A stretch of DNA of 32,000 bases, from assembly GCF_965196625.1 (NCBI RefSeq), contig NZ_OZ239769.1, positions 930,001 to 962,000 of the forward strand, in the 5' to 3' direction. The position numbers were made by a program, and so were the translations under genes. The stretch is from Candidatus Saccharimonadota bacterium. GTDB taxonomy: Bacteria; Bacteroidota; Bacteroidia; Cytophagales; Amoebophilaceae. Below are positions 21,545 through 29,997 of this stretch, in pieces; position 1 is the stretch's first letter; each line of letters begins with the position of its first letter. The notes below the pieces were generated by a model, which was given only the letters and a program-made list of their open reading frames with translations, was not told where the DNA came from and made no database searches.

Positions 21545-22213
21545 GGCTTAAGGCCTTGCCATACAAAAGAGCAAGTGCTTTGCCTGGCTCATCAAGGTCC
21601 TTTTGTAGTGGAACAACCAACTACAGCCCAAGGCAATGGCATCATCTTAACGATTGACCAAGGCCCTTTTTCCTTTGAAAAACAAGCAGCACAAGCCATT
21701 CTATCGATCGCTTTACAAGAAGCATTTTTTACAGCCCTCCGAACCAAGCAAAAAACAGGCTATATTGTTCAAAGTGTAGATCAAGAAATAGAACAAAGAT
21801 TGTTTCAAAAATTTGCTGTGCAATCAAACTCCCATCAATGTCAAGATCTTCTTTACCGTTTTGAGCTTTTTCTAGAGGATTTTCTTCAAGAAATGCCCCA
21901 TGATATTTCTATTGAACGTTTTGAAAAACTCCGGGCAAACGATCTCCTTACCCTAGAACATCTATGCCCTAACTTACAAGATAAAGCGGTTTGCTTAGAT
22001 GCGTTTGCTTTTGAACGCAATGGGGACTTTAAGTGGCTAGAAAAGAAGATAGAAGCAGCAAAAGCGCTCACCTACGAACACTTTTTACAATACGCTAAAA
22101 CCTTTCTCTCTAGGAAAAACCGAAAACGGCTTGCCATTGCCATATCAGGAAAACTTCCAGAAAATCAGAACTTTTCGTACAAATCGCTATCTGCAAGCGA
22201 GATCTTAAAATAG
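21545..22213 (+). pseudogene. C-terminal remnant (last ~210 aa) of an M16A insulinase/pitrilysin-like peptidase
   Basis: FFTALRTKQKTGYIVQS, VQSNSH, RFELFLEDFL, IERFEKLRAN and NRKRLAIAISG align with my recalled C-terminal domain of insulin-degrading-enzyme-like proteins (...FNTLRTKEQLGYIV...). The frame opens right after a stop at 21542-21544. There is no ATG and no N-terminal catalytic HxxEH domain. Full-length family members are about 900+ aa. Confidence 0.8.
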
Positions 22214-22463
22214 GGAAAATATCTTACCAAAGCAGATTTTTAAAAAGTGTAATAAAAAACCAGGGATTAGCTAGTTTTATTATGTTTTTCATACTAAAAT
22301 CACGTTTACAGCCTAGTCTTCTTGGAAATTTCCCCTTTATTTAATTTATTGCTTCTAGTAAGAGGTCTAGCATTTTTTGAATGGGTTTACCCAATATACT
22401 ATGGGCTGTGCCTTTATTGAAATCAGCGCAGGCTCAATCATATTTTTTTATTCTTTTGTCTCC

Positions 22464-24257
22464 ATGGCTACTCCTATACCAGGTGATTTTATTAAGTACG
22501 CAATAAAAGTAGGGTCTAAAACCCTAGATGCAAGCTACCCGATACAATCTATAATAGTGGATAAAAGAATCAATAAGATCCCTTATGCAAAAATAGTTGT
22601 GCATGACGGTGACCTTCAAGCACAAACCTTTTCTATAGCCAATGCTAAAATCTTTTCCATTGGCGCTACGGTTGCCATACGATCCGGTTATGGAGACAAA
22701 TTAGAACAGCTATTCGAAGGTGTAGTGGCCAAATTGGCGATTCAGTCTCGGTCAACAGGATCATCTACCTTAACCGTAACCTGTAGGGATCCTGCCTATA
22801 AAACTACCCTTGCACCTAAAACGGCGCATTTTGTAAAAATCAAGGATAGTGACCTTCTAAAAAAAATTTTGAGTGGTTACAGTGGCTTAAATAGTAAAAT
22901 TGAAGGAACCACTATTGTACACGAAAATATTTCCCAACATGAAATATCAGATTGGGACTTCTTAAATATCCGCGCTGAGGCAAATGGACAAATTGTAGTG
23001 GTCAATGATGGAACCATTTCCGTTAAAAAACCAAAAGCAACTGGAAAAGATGCTTTTACCTATATCTATGGTGTTGATTTTATTGACTTTAATGCTGAAA
23101 TAGATGCAAAAGATCCATGGTCAACTGCTACTGCCCTCTCTTGGAATAGTAGCAAACAAAATAGGGTAGCTGAAAAGGCAAGTGACCCAGGAGAACAGTC
23201 TATGGGAGACCTCTCCTATAAAAAATTAACCAGTGCGGCCCAGCCAGGTAATGTGGCTATATCCCACGGTGGCGTATTAGATCCTCTGGAAATTAAAACG
23301 TTGGCTACTGGCTTACTCAACCGAAGCAGAATCGCTAAAATAAAAGGTAGTGTTACGGTTTCAGGGAATGCTGCATTGCGCCATGATGGTCTTATCACCA
23401 TTCAAAAAGGGGCAAACCACTTTTCAGGGGATGCTTATGTATCTGGCATTCAGCATATCATATCAGATGGAAACTGGCAGACTACCTTAACCTTAGGACT
23501 AGATGCACAACGCTACATGCACAAATACCATGACATTGGTGCACTTCCAGCAGCGGGCATGATGCCGCCTATGCATGGGTTGCAGCTCGGCATTGTCAAG
23601 CAAATTACACAGGACCCTCAAAAGCATAACCGCATTTTGGTACATTTGCCTTTGGTACAAGACAAACCAAAAGAAGGCATTTGGTGTCGTTTAGCCTCAT
23701 TTTATGCTACGCAAGCTGCAGGTGCTTTTTTTATTCCAGAACTAGAGGATGAAGTGGTCGTAGGTTTTATCAATGATGACATTCGATTTCCTATTATTCT
23801 AGGCTCGCTGCATAGCAGTAAACATGCAGCACCTAAAACCGTTGATCCTAAAAATCTTTTTAAATCTTTTGTCTCTAAGGAAAAATTAGAATTGAATTTT
23901 CATGACGATAAAGAAGGGCCTGAAATCATTATTAAAACACCTAAAGGAGGGCTTATTCAAATATCAGATAAGAAAAAAAGCATTGAGCTGGTAGATCAAA
24001 ATGGCAATAAAGTAGTTTTAAGTAATGACGGCATTAATCTAACCAGTAGCAAAGATATCAATTTAAGTGCAAGGGCTAGTATCACTATAAAATCAGGCAA
24101 AGACGTTGTAATAAATGGTACACAAAACATAAACTTGAAAAGTATGAACATCAATGCACAAGCCTCTATGAAGGCCATTTTAAGTGGCAATGCCAGTACA
24201 GAAGTAAAATCTGGTATGGCTACCATTATCAAAGGGACTACCGTACTGATTAATTAA
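22464..24257 (+). CDS. VgrG-like spike/baseplate hub (gpD-like N-domain, gp5 OB-fold, C-terminal beta-helix); Afp8/Pvc8-type
   Basis: GLQLGIVKQITQDPQKHNRILVHLPLV...GIWCRLASFYA...FIPELEDEVVVGFINDDIRFPIILGSLHS (Phage_base_V/gp5 OB-like). The C-terminus has repetitive beta-helix segments (KVVLSNDGINLTSSKDINLSARASITIKSGKDVVINGTQNINLKS). The start was chosen at MATPIPGDF; the ORF track extends to 22377. Confidence 0.85.
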   Translation: MATPIPGDFIKYAIKVGSKTLDASYPIQSIIVDKRINKIPYAKIVVHDGDLQAQTFSIANAKIFSIGATVAIRSGYGDKLEQLFEGVVAKLAIQSRSTGSSTLTVTCRDPAYKTTLAPKTAHFVKIKDSDLLKKILSGYSGLNSKIEGTTIVHENISQHEISDWDFLNIRAEANGQIVVVNDGTISVKKPKATGKDAFTYIYGVDFIDFNAEIDAKDPWSTATALSWNSSKQNRVAEKASDPGEQSMGDLSYKKLTSAAQPGNVAISHGGVLDPLEIKTLATGLLNRSRIAKIKGSVTVSGNAALRHDGLITIQKGANHFSGDAYVSGIQHIISDGNWQTTLTLGLDAQRYMHKYHDIGALPAAGMMPPMHGLQLGIVKQITQDPQKHNRILVHLPLVQDKPKEGIWCRLASFYATQAAGAFFIPELEDEVVVGFINDDIRFPIILGSLHSSKHAAPKTVDPKNLFKSFVSKEKLELNFHDDKEGPEIIIKTPKGGLIQISDKKKSIELVDQNGNKVVLSNDGINLTSSKDINLSARASITIKSGKDVVINGTQNINLKSMNINAQASMKAILSGNASTEVKSGMATIIKGTTVLIN

Positions 24258-24308
24258 TAGCATTATTTTGTAGATTTTTATGCCTACATCACTATATAAT
24301 ATAACACT

Positions 24309-24617
24309 ATGCCACCTGCAGCTGTATTGTTAAATAAACATATGTGTCCTATGGTCACGCCAGGTGTTCCACCTGTGCCGCATGTGACTGGAGGGATGAT
24401 TATGTTGGGTTGCCCCACTGTTTTAATAGGGAAGTTCCCTGCAGCAAGAATGGGAGATACAATGCTTTGTAATGGGCCTCCACCCCATCCGGATACCATT
24501 ATAAAGGGATCTTTAACTGTGTTAATAGGTAAAAAACCAGCGGCACGCTTAGGAGATACAACAGGCATGGGTGGAATGATATTACAAGGGTGCCCTACGG
24601 TAATGATTGGTGGGTAA
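24309..24617 (+). CDS. PAAR-domain spike-tip protein (Afp10-type), with no extension domain
   Basis: Two literal PAAR motifs, GKFPAARMGD and GKKPAARLGD, in a Gly/Pro/Cys-rich 102-aa protein. Confidence 0.9.
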   Translation: MPPAAVLLNKHMCPMVTPGVPPVPHVTGGMIMLGCPTVLIGKFPAARMGDTMLCNGPPPHPDTIIKGSLTVLIGKKPAARLGDTTGMGGMILQGCPTVMIGG

Positions 24618-24623
24618 AACCCG

Positions 24624-25052
24624 ATGCAACGAATAAAAAGCGAAGATATGGAAGATGACCACAATTTCTTGGGTATAGGATGGAAATTTCCACCTACTTT
24701 TAACCACCATAGCAGTACAGTAGAAATGGTAAATGGATTAAACGATATCAGAGAAAGCTTAATCATCTTAATGCGTACTAGAGTAGGTGAGCGCATTGTA
24801 GAAGAGAAATATGGTTGTGATTTAACGCCACTTGCCTTCCAACAATTGGATCTTAATTTAGAAACCTTTATGGTCAATAACATCAAGCAAACCATTACAG
24901 AACATGAACCCAGAGTGGAGGTACTTGATGTGCAATTGACTACACCAAATGATGGAGAAGGGGCTATTGATATTAATGTAAGTTATAAGGTTAAAAAACT
25001 AGATATAGAAGAAACGATCCAATATAGCTACCATCCTATTTTTAATAAATAG
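24624..25052 (+). CDS. gp25/GPW-family baseplate wedge protein (Afp9-type)
   Basis: FLGIGWKFP...IRESLIILMRTRVGERIVEEKYGCDL...ITEHEPRVEV. It starts 6 nt after the PAAR stop. Confidence 0.88.
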   Translation: MQRIKSEDMEDDHNFLGIGWKFPPTFNHHSSTVEMVNGLNDIRESLIILMRTRVGERIVEEKYGCDLTPLAFQQLDLNLETFMVNNIKQTITEHEPRVEVLDVQLTTPNDGEGAIDINVSYKVKKLDIEETIQYSYHPIFNK

Positions 25053-25116
25053 TCGTTCTCCATTCATGCTTTATGAACTATAACTTTAAAATCAGCATTA
25101 TTTATAGATAAAGACT

Positions 25117-27603
25117 ATGGAAAATACCCCACTAGAACTGGATTATCCTTTTTTAAAGGCGCAAGGGATAGCCTACATTCAGCAGTTAGCAGGCAAGAAA
25201 TGGACCGACTATGGAGACCATGACCCTGGCATTACCATTTTAGAAGTGCTTTCTTTTGCGATCATGGATCTAGAATATAGAACCAACTTCTATATAGAAG
25301 ATATATGGGCTAAGGATCCTGATGCAGCAGCCAATCCCAATGAACAACCCTTCTATAAAGCTGAAGAGATCCTTCCTTGCAATCCACTAACCAAGTGGGA
25401 CTTTTTAAAGATTGTATTGGATGTTCCAGGAGTAAAAAATGCCAATATTTTTTTAAGTGATGGCCCAAAAGAAATTAAAGGGGGTTATAAGATTTTTGTC
25501 GATGTAGAAGGACGCATCAGCCATACGCCCCAAGAAAAAGAGGTATTAGATTTAGTTAAGAAAAGATTATATGCCCAAAGAAATCTATGTGAAGATTTCT
25601 TTCTGATTCAAACCATGGAAACACTACCTATTAGTGTGAAAGCAACCTTTGAGTTGTCCAATTGTTTGGCTTATGAAGAAGGAGAGACCATTATTGCGCA
25701 TATATTGTTTGCGTTTCAAGATTTTTTTACACCACGTATTCCTTTTTATAGCATCAGTCAATTACTAGAAAAAGGTAGAACCATAGATCAAATCTTTACA
25801 GGACCACTTTTAAAACAGGGCTTTATAGATGAAGAAGAGTTAATTTATCTGAAGAATAGAGCCAGAATCTACGTAATTGAACTCCTAGAACAGGCCACTA
25901 AAATTGCAAATATCAAAAATGTATTAAACTTTGAACTCTTTATTCATGAAGAAAATACAAGAACAGCTAGCGTAACTGTACCCATATTACCAGATCGATC
26001 TTTAGTGCTTGATATTGCACAAAGTGAAATTGTGCTCTATTACAATGGTTTGCCCATCAATACAGATTGGGGAAAAGTTATTGATATGCTTGAAGATATA
26101 AAAGGAAGGGGCACATTAACAAAAGCCTACTTACAAGAGGAAAATGTTTTTGTTTTAGAAGGAAACTATAGACATTTAGAAGATCATGTTTCCATACAAC
26201 AAGACTTTCCTTTACTCTATAATGTAGGGCATGAAGGGTGCACTCCATCTGAAACACCTGAAAACCAAGCTAAAGCAAAACAATTAAAAAGCTACTTAAT
26301 GTTTTTTGACCAGCTTTTTGCTAATTATATGGGTCAATTGTCTAATATCAAACACACCATGGCCATCTACAGCGAAGACTATAACAAGCCTAATGGCCGC
26401 TTGCCTTTAGATGTACCTAGAATGGATACCATTATTAAGCAACCTACTAAAGAGACTGATCCAGGTAACGACCTTGAGTTTGTAGTACAAAGAAAGTACT
26501 TAGATTTGAAAAAAGAAATAATGGATAAGTCCTGTGAAGATAAAGACCAAGGCGATGAAACCTCGCAAGCGTACCGCGCTTATATCCATAAAGCATTAGA
26601 AAGTGATATTAGAAGCCTAGATAAACGGTCAAGACTATTAGACCATTTATTAGCTTATTTTTCAGAACGATTTACCATCTACTCGCTGCATCTTTATCCT
26701 AAAAATGAAGAAATGCAATTGGATGAGTTTAATAAAAATAAAGCACTTTTTTTAAAGGATTATATTGATATCAGTAAAAATAGAAACCGAGCGGCCTATA
26801 TAACAGCCAATCATATAAACAACTGGATCCATCATATTCCATCTGGTTTTAAGCGACGCATTTACCGGAACCTAGGCATTAAAAGTTTAGACAAAAAGCT
26901 TTTCCACCAGGTGGTTAAAAATAGTATGTACTTAGAAAAAAAGTCCACACAATATAATTTGGATATCTTTCTAGGCAAAAATTCCCAAACAGAACATGAT
27001 GATATTTTTATGTTTAGAGGAAAATATGAAAACATGCAATCTTTGGTTATGTCCTATGGCATCAATGAACACCATTACAACATTATCAAAAAAGCCAATG
27101 GTAGCTATAGCATTCTCCTTTATGTGGATAAAGCAAAAAAGAATACGATTGAACTAGTTACTGAATCGGTTATAGACATTGAGCAAGCAGAGGCTATCGT
27201 ACAAAAAAGTGTAGAAGTGTTTAGGTCATTAAACAAAGCATGTGAAGGATTTCACTTAATAGAACATATTCTGCTTAGAAGTGACGATACATTAAACATG
27301 GAGCAAGACGCCTATTCCTTTATAATGACAATGATTTTTCCTGCATGGCCAGCCAGATTTCAACAATCTTCATTTAGGCATGCTGTAGAGGAAATGGTTG
27401 TAACCGAAGGCCCAGCCCACATACTTACCAATATTTTATGGTTAGATTTTGAAGATATGGAAACCTTCGAGAAGGCCTATAAATCATGGATACAGTTAAA
27501 AACTGATGCTAAATCTAATAAAGCAGAAATAGACGCAGCAGCCAAAGTATTAATGGATTTTATAGAACCTTATAATAATAAAAAAATAGATTTATGTGGA
27601 TAA
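25117..27603 (+). CDS. Baseplate wedge protein, BaseplateJ/gp6-like (Afp11-type)
   Basis: The N-terminal WTDYGDHDPGITILEVLSFAIMDLEYR motif is one I recall as typical of gp6/BaseplateJ homologues of phage-tail-like systems. Its position after the gp25-like gene fits. I cannot assign the remaining ~700 aa from memory. Confidence 0.7.
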   Translation: MENTPLELDYPFLKAQGIAYIQQLAGKKWTDYGDHDPGITILEVLSFAIMDLEYRTNFYIEDIWAKDPDAAANPNEQPFYKAEEILPCNPLTKWDFLKIVLDVPGVKNANIFLSDGPKEIKGGYKIFVDVEGRISHTPQEKEVLDLVKKRLYAQRNLCEDFFLIQTMETLPISVKATFELSNCLAYEEGETIIAHILFAFQDFFTPRIPFYSISQLLEKGRTIDQIFTGPLLKQGFIDEEELIYLKNRARIYVIELLEQATKIANIKNVLNFELFIHEENTRTASVTVPILPDRSLVLDIAQSEIVLYYNGLPINTDWGKVIDMLEDIKGRGTLTKAYLQEENVFVLEGNYRHLEDHVSIQQDFPLLYNVGHEGCTPSETPENQAKAKQLKSYLMFFDQLFANYMGQLSNIKHTMAIYSEDYNKPNGRLPLDVPRMDTIIKQPTKETDPGNDLEFVVQRKYLDLKKEIMDKSCEDKDQGDETSQAYRAYIHKALESDIRSLDKRSRLLDHLLAYFSERFTIYSLHLYPKNEEMQLDEFNKNKALFLKDYIDISKNRNRAAYITANHINNWIHHIPSGFKRRIYRNLGIKSLDKKLFHQVVKNSMYLEKKSTQYNLDIFLGKNSQTEHDDIFMFRGKYENMQSLVMSYGINEHHYNIIKKANGSYSILLYVDKAKKNTIELVTESVIDIEQAEAIVQKSVEVFRSLNKACEGFHLIEHILLRSDDTLNMEQDAYSFIMTMIFPAWPARFQQSSFRHAVEEMVVTEGPAHILTNILWLDFEDMETFEKAYKSWIQLKTDAKSNKAEIDAAAKVLMDFIEPYNNKKIDLCG

Positions 27604-27636
27604 CCGATATCCACATCCATACCCTATGGTATGGAT
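27596..27636. terminator. Two adjacent perfect hairpins between convergent genes (candidate bidirectional terminator)
   Basis: GTGGATA-accga-TATCCAC (27596-27614, overlapping the stop codon) and ATCCATACC-ctat-GGTATGGAT (27615-27636). An A7 run follows at about 27654, which is a T-run on the minus strand. Confidence 0.45.
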
Positions 27637-27667
27637 ACAGCTCATGTGCTCAATAAAAAAAGTAAGC

Positions 27668-29338
27668 TTAGCGTATAGGCAACCGTTTATAAAATACAAA
27701 ACATCCGGCATCTTTTATATAAATGATATCTTTATAACTTTCTAAAAGCGCTCGATCACTTTTGTAAAGAATAAAAAAACAAGGTTTATCAATGGCCCCT
27801 TCTAAGCGCCAGGCTATATCTGGTTGTGTTAATCTTTTAGGCTGATCAGCATAAAAAAGAGGTGCAGCTGATTTAAAACCAATGGTCGTAAGGTATAACT
27901 CCTTTCCTTTGCATGCTTTACAAAAAGCCACCATTTCTTTTTGCGTATAAGCCTCAACCTTAGGTGCTATACGAACGAAAAATAATGCCAATGTGCAAAT
28001 ATTGATGCACATAAAGATGCTGATAAAAGGCACCCAACGAAACTGCAAAAGGCAATAATACGCTGCGCCTATACCTATCATATAGAGCAAGCCTGGTAGA
28101 CCATCCCAGTAACTCCATACAACAGGTAGCCCCAATGCATCCTGTATATATTGATTTTTAATAAAAGAAAGCCATAGTGATTTATGTAGCATTACCCAAG
28201 GCATAATGGTTAAAGCCCCACCTATAACTAGGCCAATGACTAAAAATAGAGATACAATTCCTAGATAGATATATTTTCTATTGTAGATCCGTTGATGAAA
28301 AAAATTAGCTGCCAAAAAGGTTATGGGGAAATAAGCCATCGAACTATAATGCACAATCTTTGTACCCACTAGTGTAAAAATAACTAAGATGGTCACCAGT
28401 AAAGCTTGCATATTAGCTAAAAAATAATCATCCCTACAAAATATTTTTTCTTTCAAAAAGCAGATAGCAAAGAGAGCACTTGGAAAGCACCCCAAAAAAA
28501 GGACTACATAGTGATAGTACCAAGGTTGTGCATGGGTAGCAACAGGTTGTTGACACAGCAATAGATGGTAGGCCCAAAACGCTTTAATAAAGATCCATCC
28601 ATTAGCGGCAATTTCTGGAATAAGCCAACAAGATAGAACGACTATTGCGACAAAAACAGTTAAAATAAGCAGCTTCAACTGCACGACCTTTCCGCTAAAC
28701 CAAGTGTAAGATAAAGATAAGGTAGCCAGGGGTATGATAAAGGCCATAGGCCCTTTGGCCAATAGCGCGCAACCTATACATAGCCCTGCAAGACCATACA
28801 ACCATTCTTTAGATGGCATGGTTGCATTTGATAAACAATAGATAGCCAGCAGCAAGAAATAATTAAAAAAAGGATCTATAATGCCTGATTTAAAATAAAA
28901 ATGAGGTAAAAAAGCAGTTGCATATAAGCACATCCATAACAAACCGAACCATCTCCCCTTGTATTGCTTGCCTATGCAGTATAGCGTTGCCAGGGTCAAT
29001 AATCCACACAGCAAGTTAGGAAAACGGGCACCGATCTCATTAATGCCCCAAAGATGCATACTAGCCGCTTGTAGCCAAAAGAAAAGCGGCGGTTTTTCAT
29101 AAAGTGGCTCAAAATTAAAGTTTACTTGACCATAGTGGCCCGTACGCATCATTTCTCTAGTGATCTCAGCAAAATAGAGTTCATCTAAATCAAATAGATG
29201 CACCGATCCTATGCCCCATGCAAAAATGCATCCAAAACCAATTAAACAATAAACAACCCTACTATTTTTTAATCGGCAACCCCTTTCCATACCTGTATAA
29301 CAAAAAATAGATAGAACGGTCCAACCAATCTGCCGCAT
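27668..29338 (-). CDS. ArnT-like undecaprenyl-phosphate-sugar-dependent glycosyltransferase (GT39/GT83, PMT_2-type), polytopic membrane protein
   Basis: DLDELYFAEITREMMRTGHYGQVNFNFEPLYEKPPLFFWL matches the ArnT-type N-terminal loop (DE..YAEI.REM...G.W....YFEKPPL.YW as I recall it). About 12 hydrophobic segments follow. The start may be 29290 (MERG...). Confidence 0.8.
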   Translation of the reverse strand: MRQIGWTVLSIFCYTGMERGCRLKNSRVVYCLIGFGCIFAWGIGSVHLFDLDELYFAEITREMMRTGHYGQVNFNFEPLYEKPPLFFWLQAASMHLWGINEIGARFPNLLCGLLTLATLYCIGKQYKGRWFGLLWMCLYATAFLPHFYFKSGIIDPFFNYFLLLAIYCLSNATMPSKEWLYGLAGLCIGCALLAKGPMAFIIPLATLSLSYTWFSGKVVQLKLLILTVFVAIVVLSCWLIPEIAANGWIFIKAFWAYHLLLCQQPVATHAQPWYYHYVVLFLGCFPSALFAICFLKEKIFCRDDYFLANMQALLVTILVIFTLVGTKIVHYSSMAYFPITFLAANFFHQRIYNRKYIYLGIVSLFLVIGLVIGGALTIMPWVMLHKSLWLSFIKNQYIQDALGLPVVWSYWDGLPGLLYMIGIGAAYYCLLQFRWVPFISIFMCINICTLALFFVRIAPKVEAYTQKEMVAFCKACKGKELYLTTIGFKSAAPLFYADQPKRLTQPDIAWRLEGAIDKPCFFILYKSDRALLESYKDIIYIKDAGCFVFYKRLPIR

Positions 29339-29969
29339 TACAATAAATGGAAACCGTATAAACTACTATGGTAGAGATGGTACCAATCAAAGCACCTATA
29401 TAGACATCTGTATAAAAATGTTGACAAAGATAAATTCTTGAATAAGCAACCAACAGGGCTAGCCCCAATAAGATGACACTGCAGATTTTTTGCTTGCTTC
29501 TAGACAACAGCTGTATAACCGATATCAACACAAAGATGGTAGCAGAGTGGCCTGAAGGGAAGCTTAAATCCCGTAATAAGGGCACACCATCTACTAGGTG
29601 CAAGGATGCATCTACAGGAAGCAAGGCTATAGGCCTTAACATACAGGTAAAAAAAACACGTTTCAACAATTGCACTACAATAGACATAGAAACAAAACTT
29701 CCCCCCATAATGATCAGCTTTCTACAACTTACACGAAACACGGCAGCTATCAATAAAAGGGATAGATAGGTAACCCCATCACCTAACCAAGTTAAATAAG
29801 GTGCTACACAATCTGCTACAGGATGGTGCCACTGCTTGAGTAGCACCAAAAAAGCAACTTTATCCAATAGGAAAAAAGGGAAGATACCGATAAGCAACAG
29901 AGCAGTAAGCAGGTAAAAAAACAACTTGTTTTCATACCAAATCATTCTAACAGCTGTAATCTTTTTCAT
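29262..29969 (-). CDS. PAP2-family membrane phosphatase (LpxE/LpxF-like candidate lipid A phosphatase)
   Basis: The three PAP2 motifs are present: KRVFFTCMLRP, PSGH and SRIYLCQHFYTD. The start was set at MKKITAV; the ORF track's 30068 start would overlap the upstream gene. Confidence 0.85.
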   Translation of the reverse strand: MKKITAVRMIWYENKLFFYLLTALLLIGIFPFFLLDKVAFLVLLKQWHHPVADCVAPYLTWLGDGVTYLSLLLIAAVFRVSCRKLIIMGGSFVSMSIVVQLLKRVFFTCMLRPIALLPVDASLHLVDGVPLLRDLSFPSGHSATIFVLISVIQLLSRSKQKICSVILLGLALLVAYSRIYLCQHFYTDVYIGALIGTISTIVVYTVSIYCNAADWLDRSIYFLLYRYGKGLPIKK

Positions 29970-29997
29970 GCAATTTTTTGAAACTGTAGATGATAAT

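Noticed and set aside
22324-22333. A perfect 10-bp palindrome GGAAATTTCC about 130 bp upstream of the VgrG-like start, considered as a possible operator
   Set aside because: Dozens of 10-bp palindromes are expected by chance in 32 kb of AT-rich DNA. I saw no second copy or flanking promoter-like context.
22377-22463. A 29-codon N-terminal extension of the VgrG-like ORF (MNGFTQYTMGCAFIEISAGS...)
   Set aside because: It is hydrophobic and unlike gpD/VgrG N-termini. The protein's homology begins at MATPIPGDF (22464), so the upstream part is probably untranslated leader.
24284-24895. A 203-aa ORF on the minus strand covering the PAAR gene and the start of the gp25-like gene
   Set aside because: It is antisense to two genes with clear family motifs. 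The Gly/Pro-rich PAAR codons leave the complementary frame open by composition. The ORF has no recognisable domains or signal of its own.
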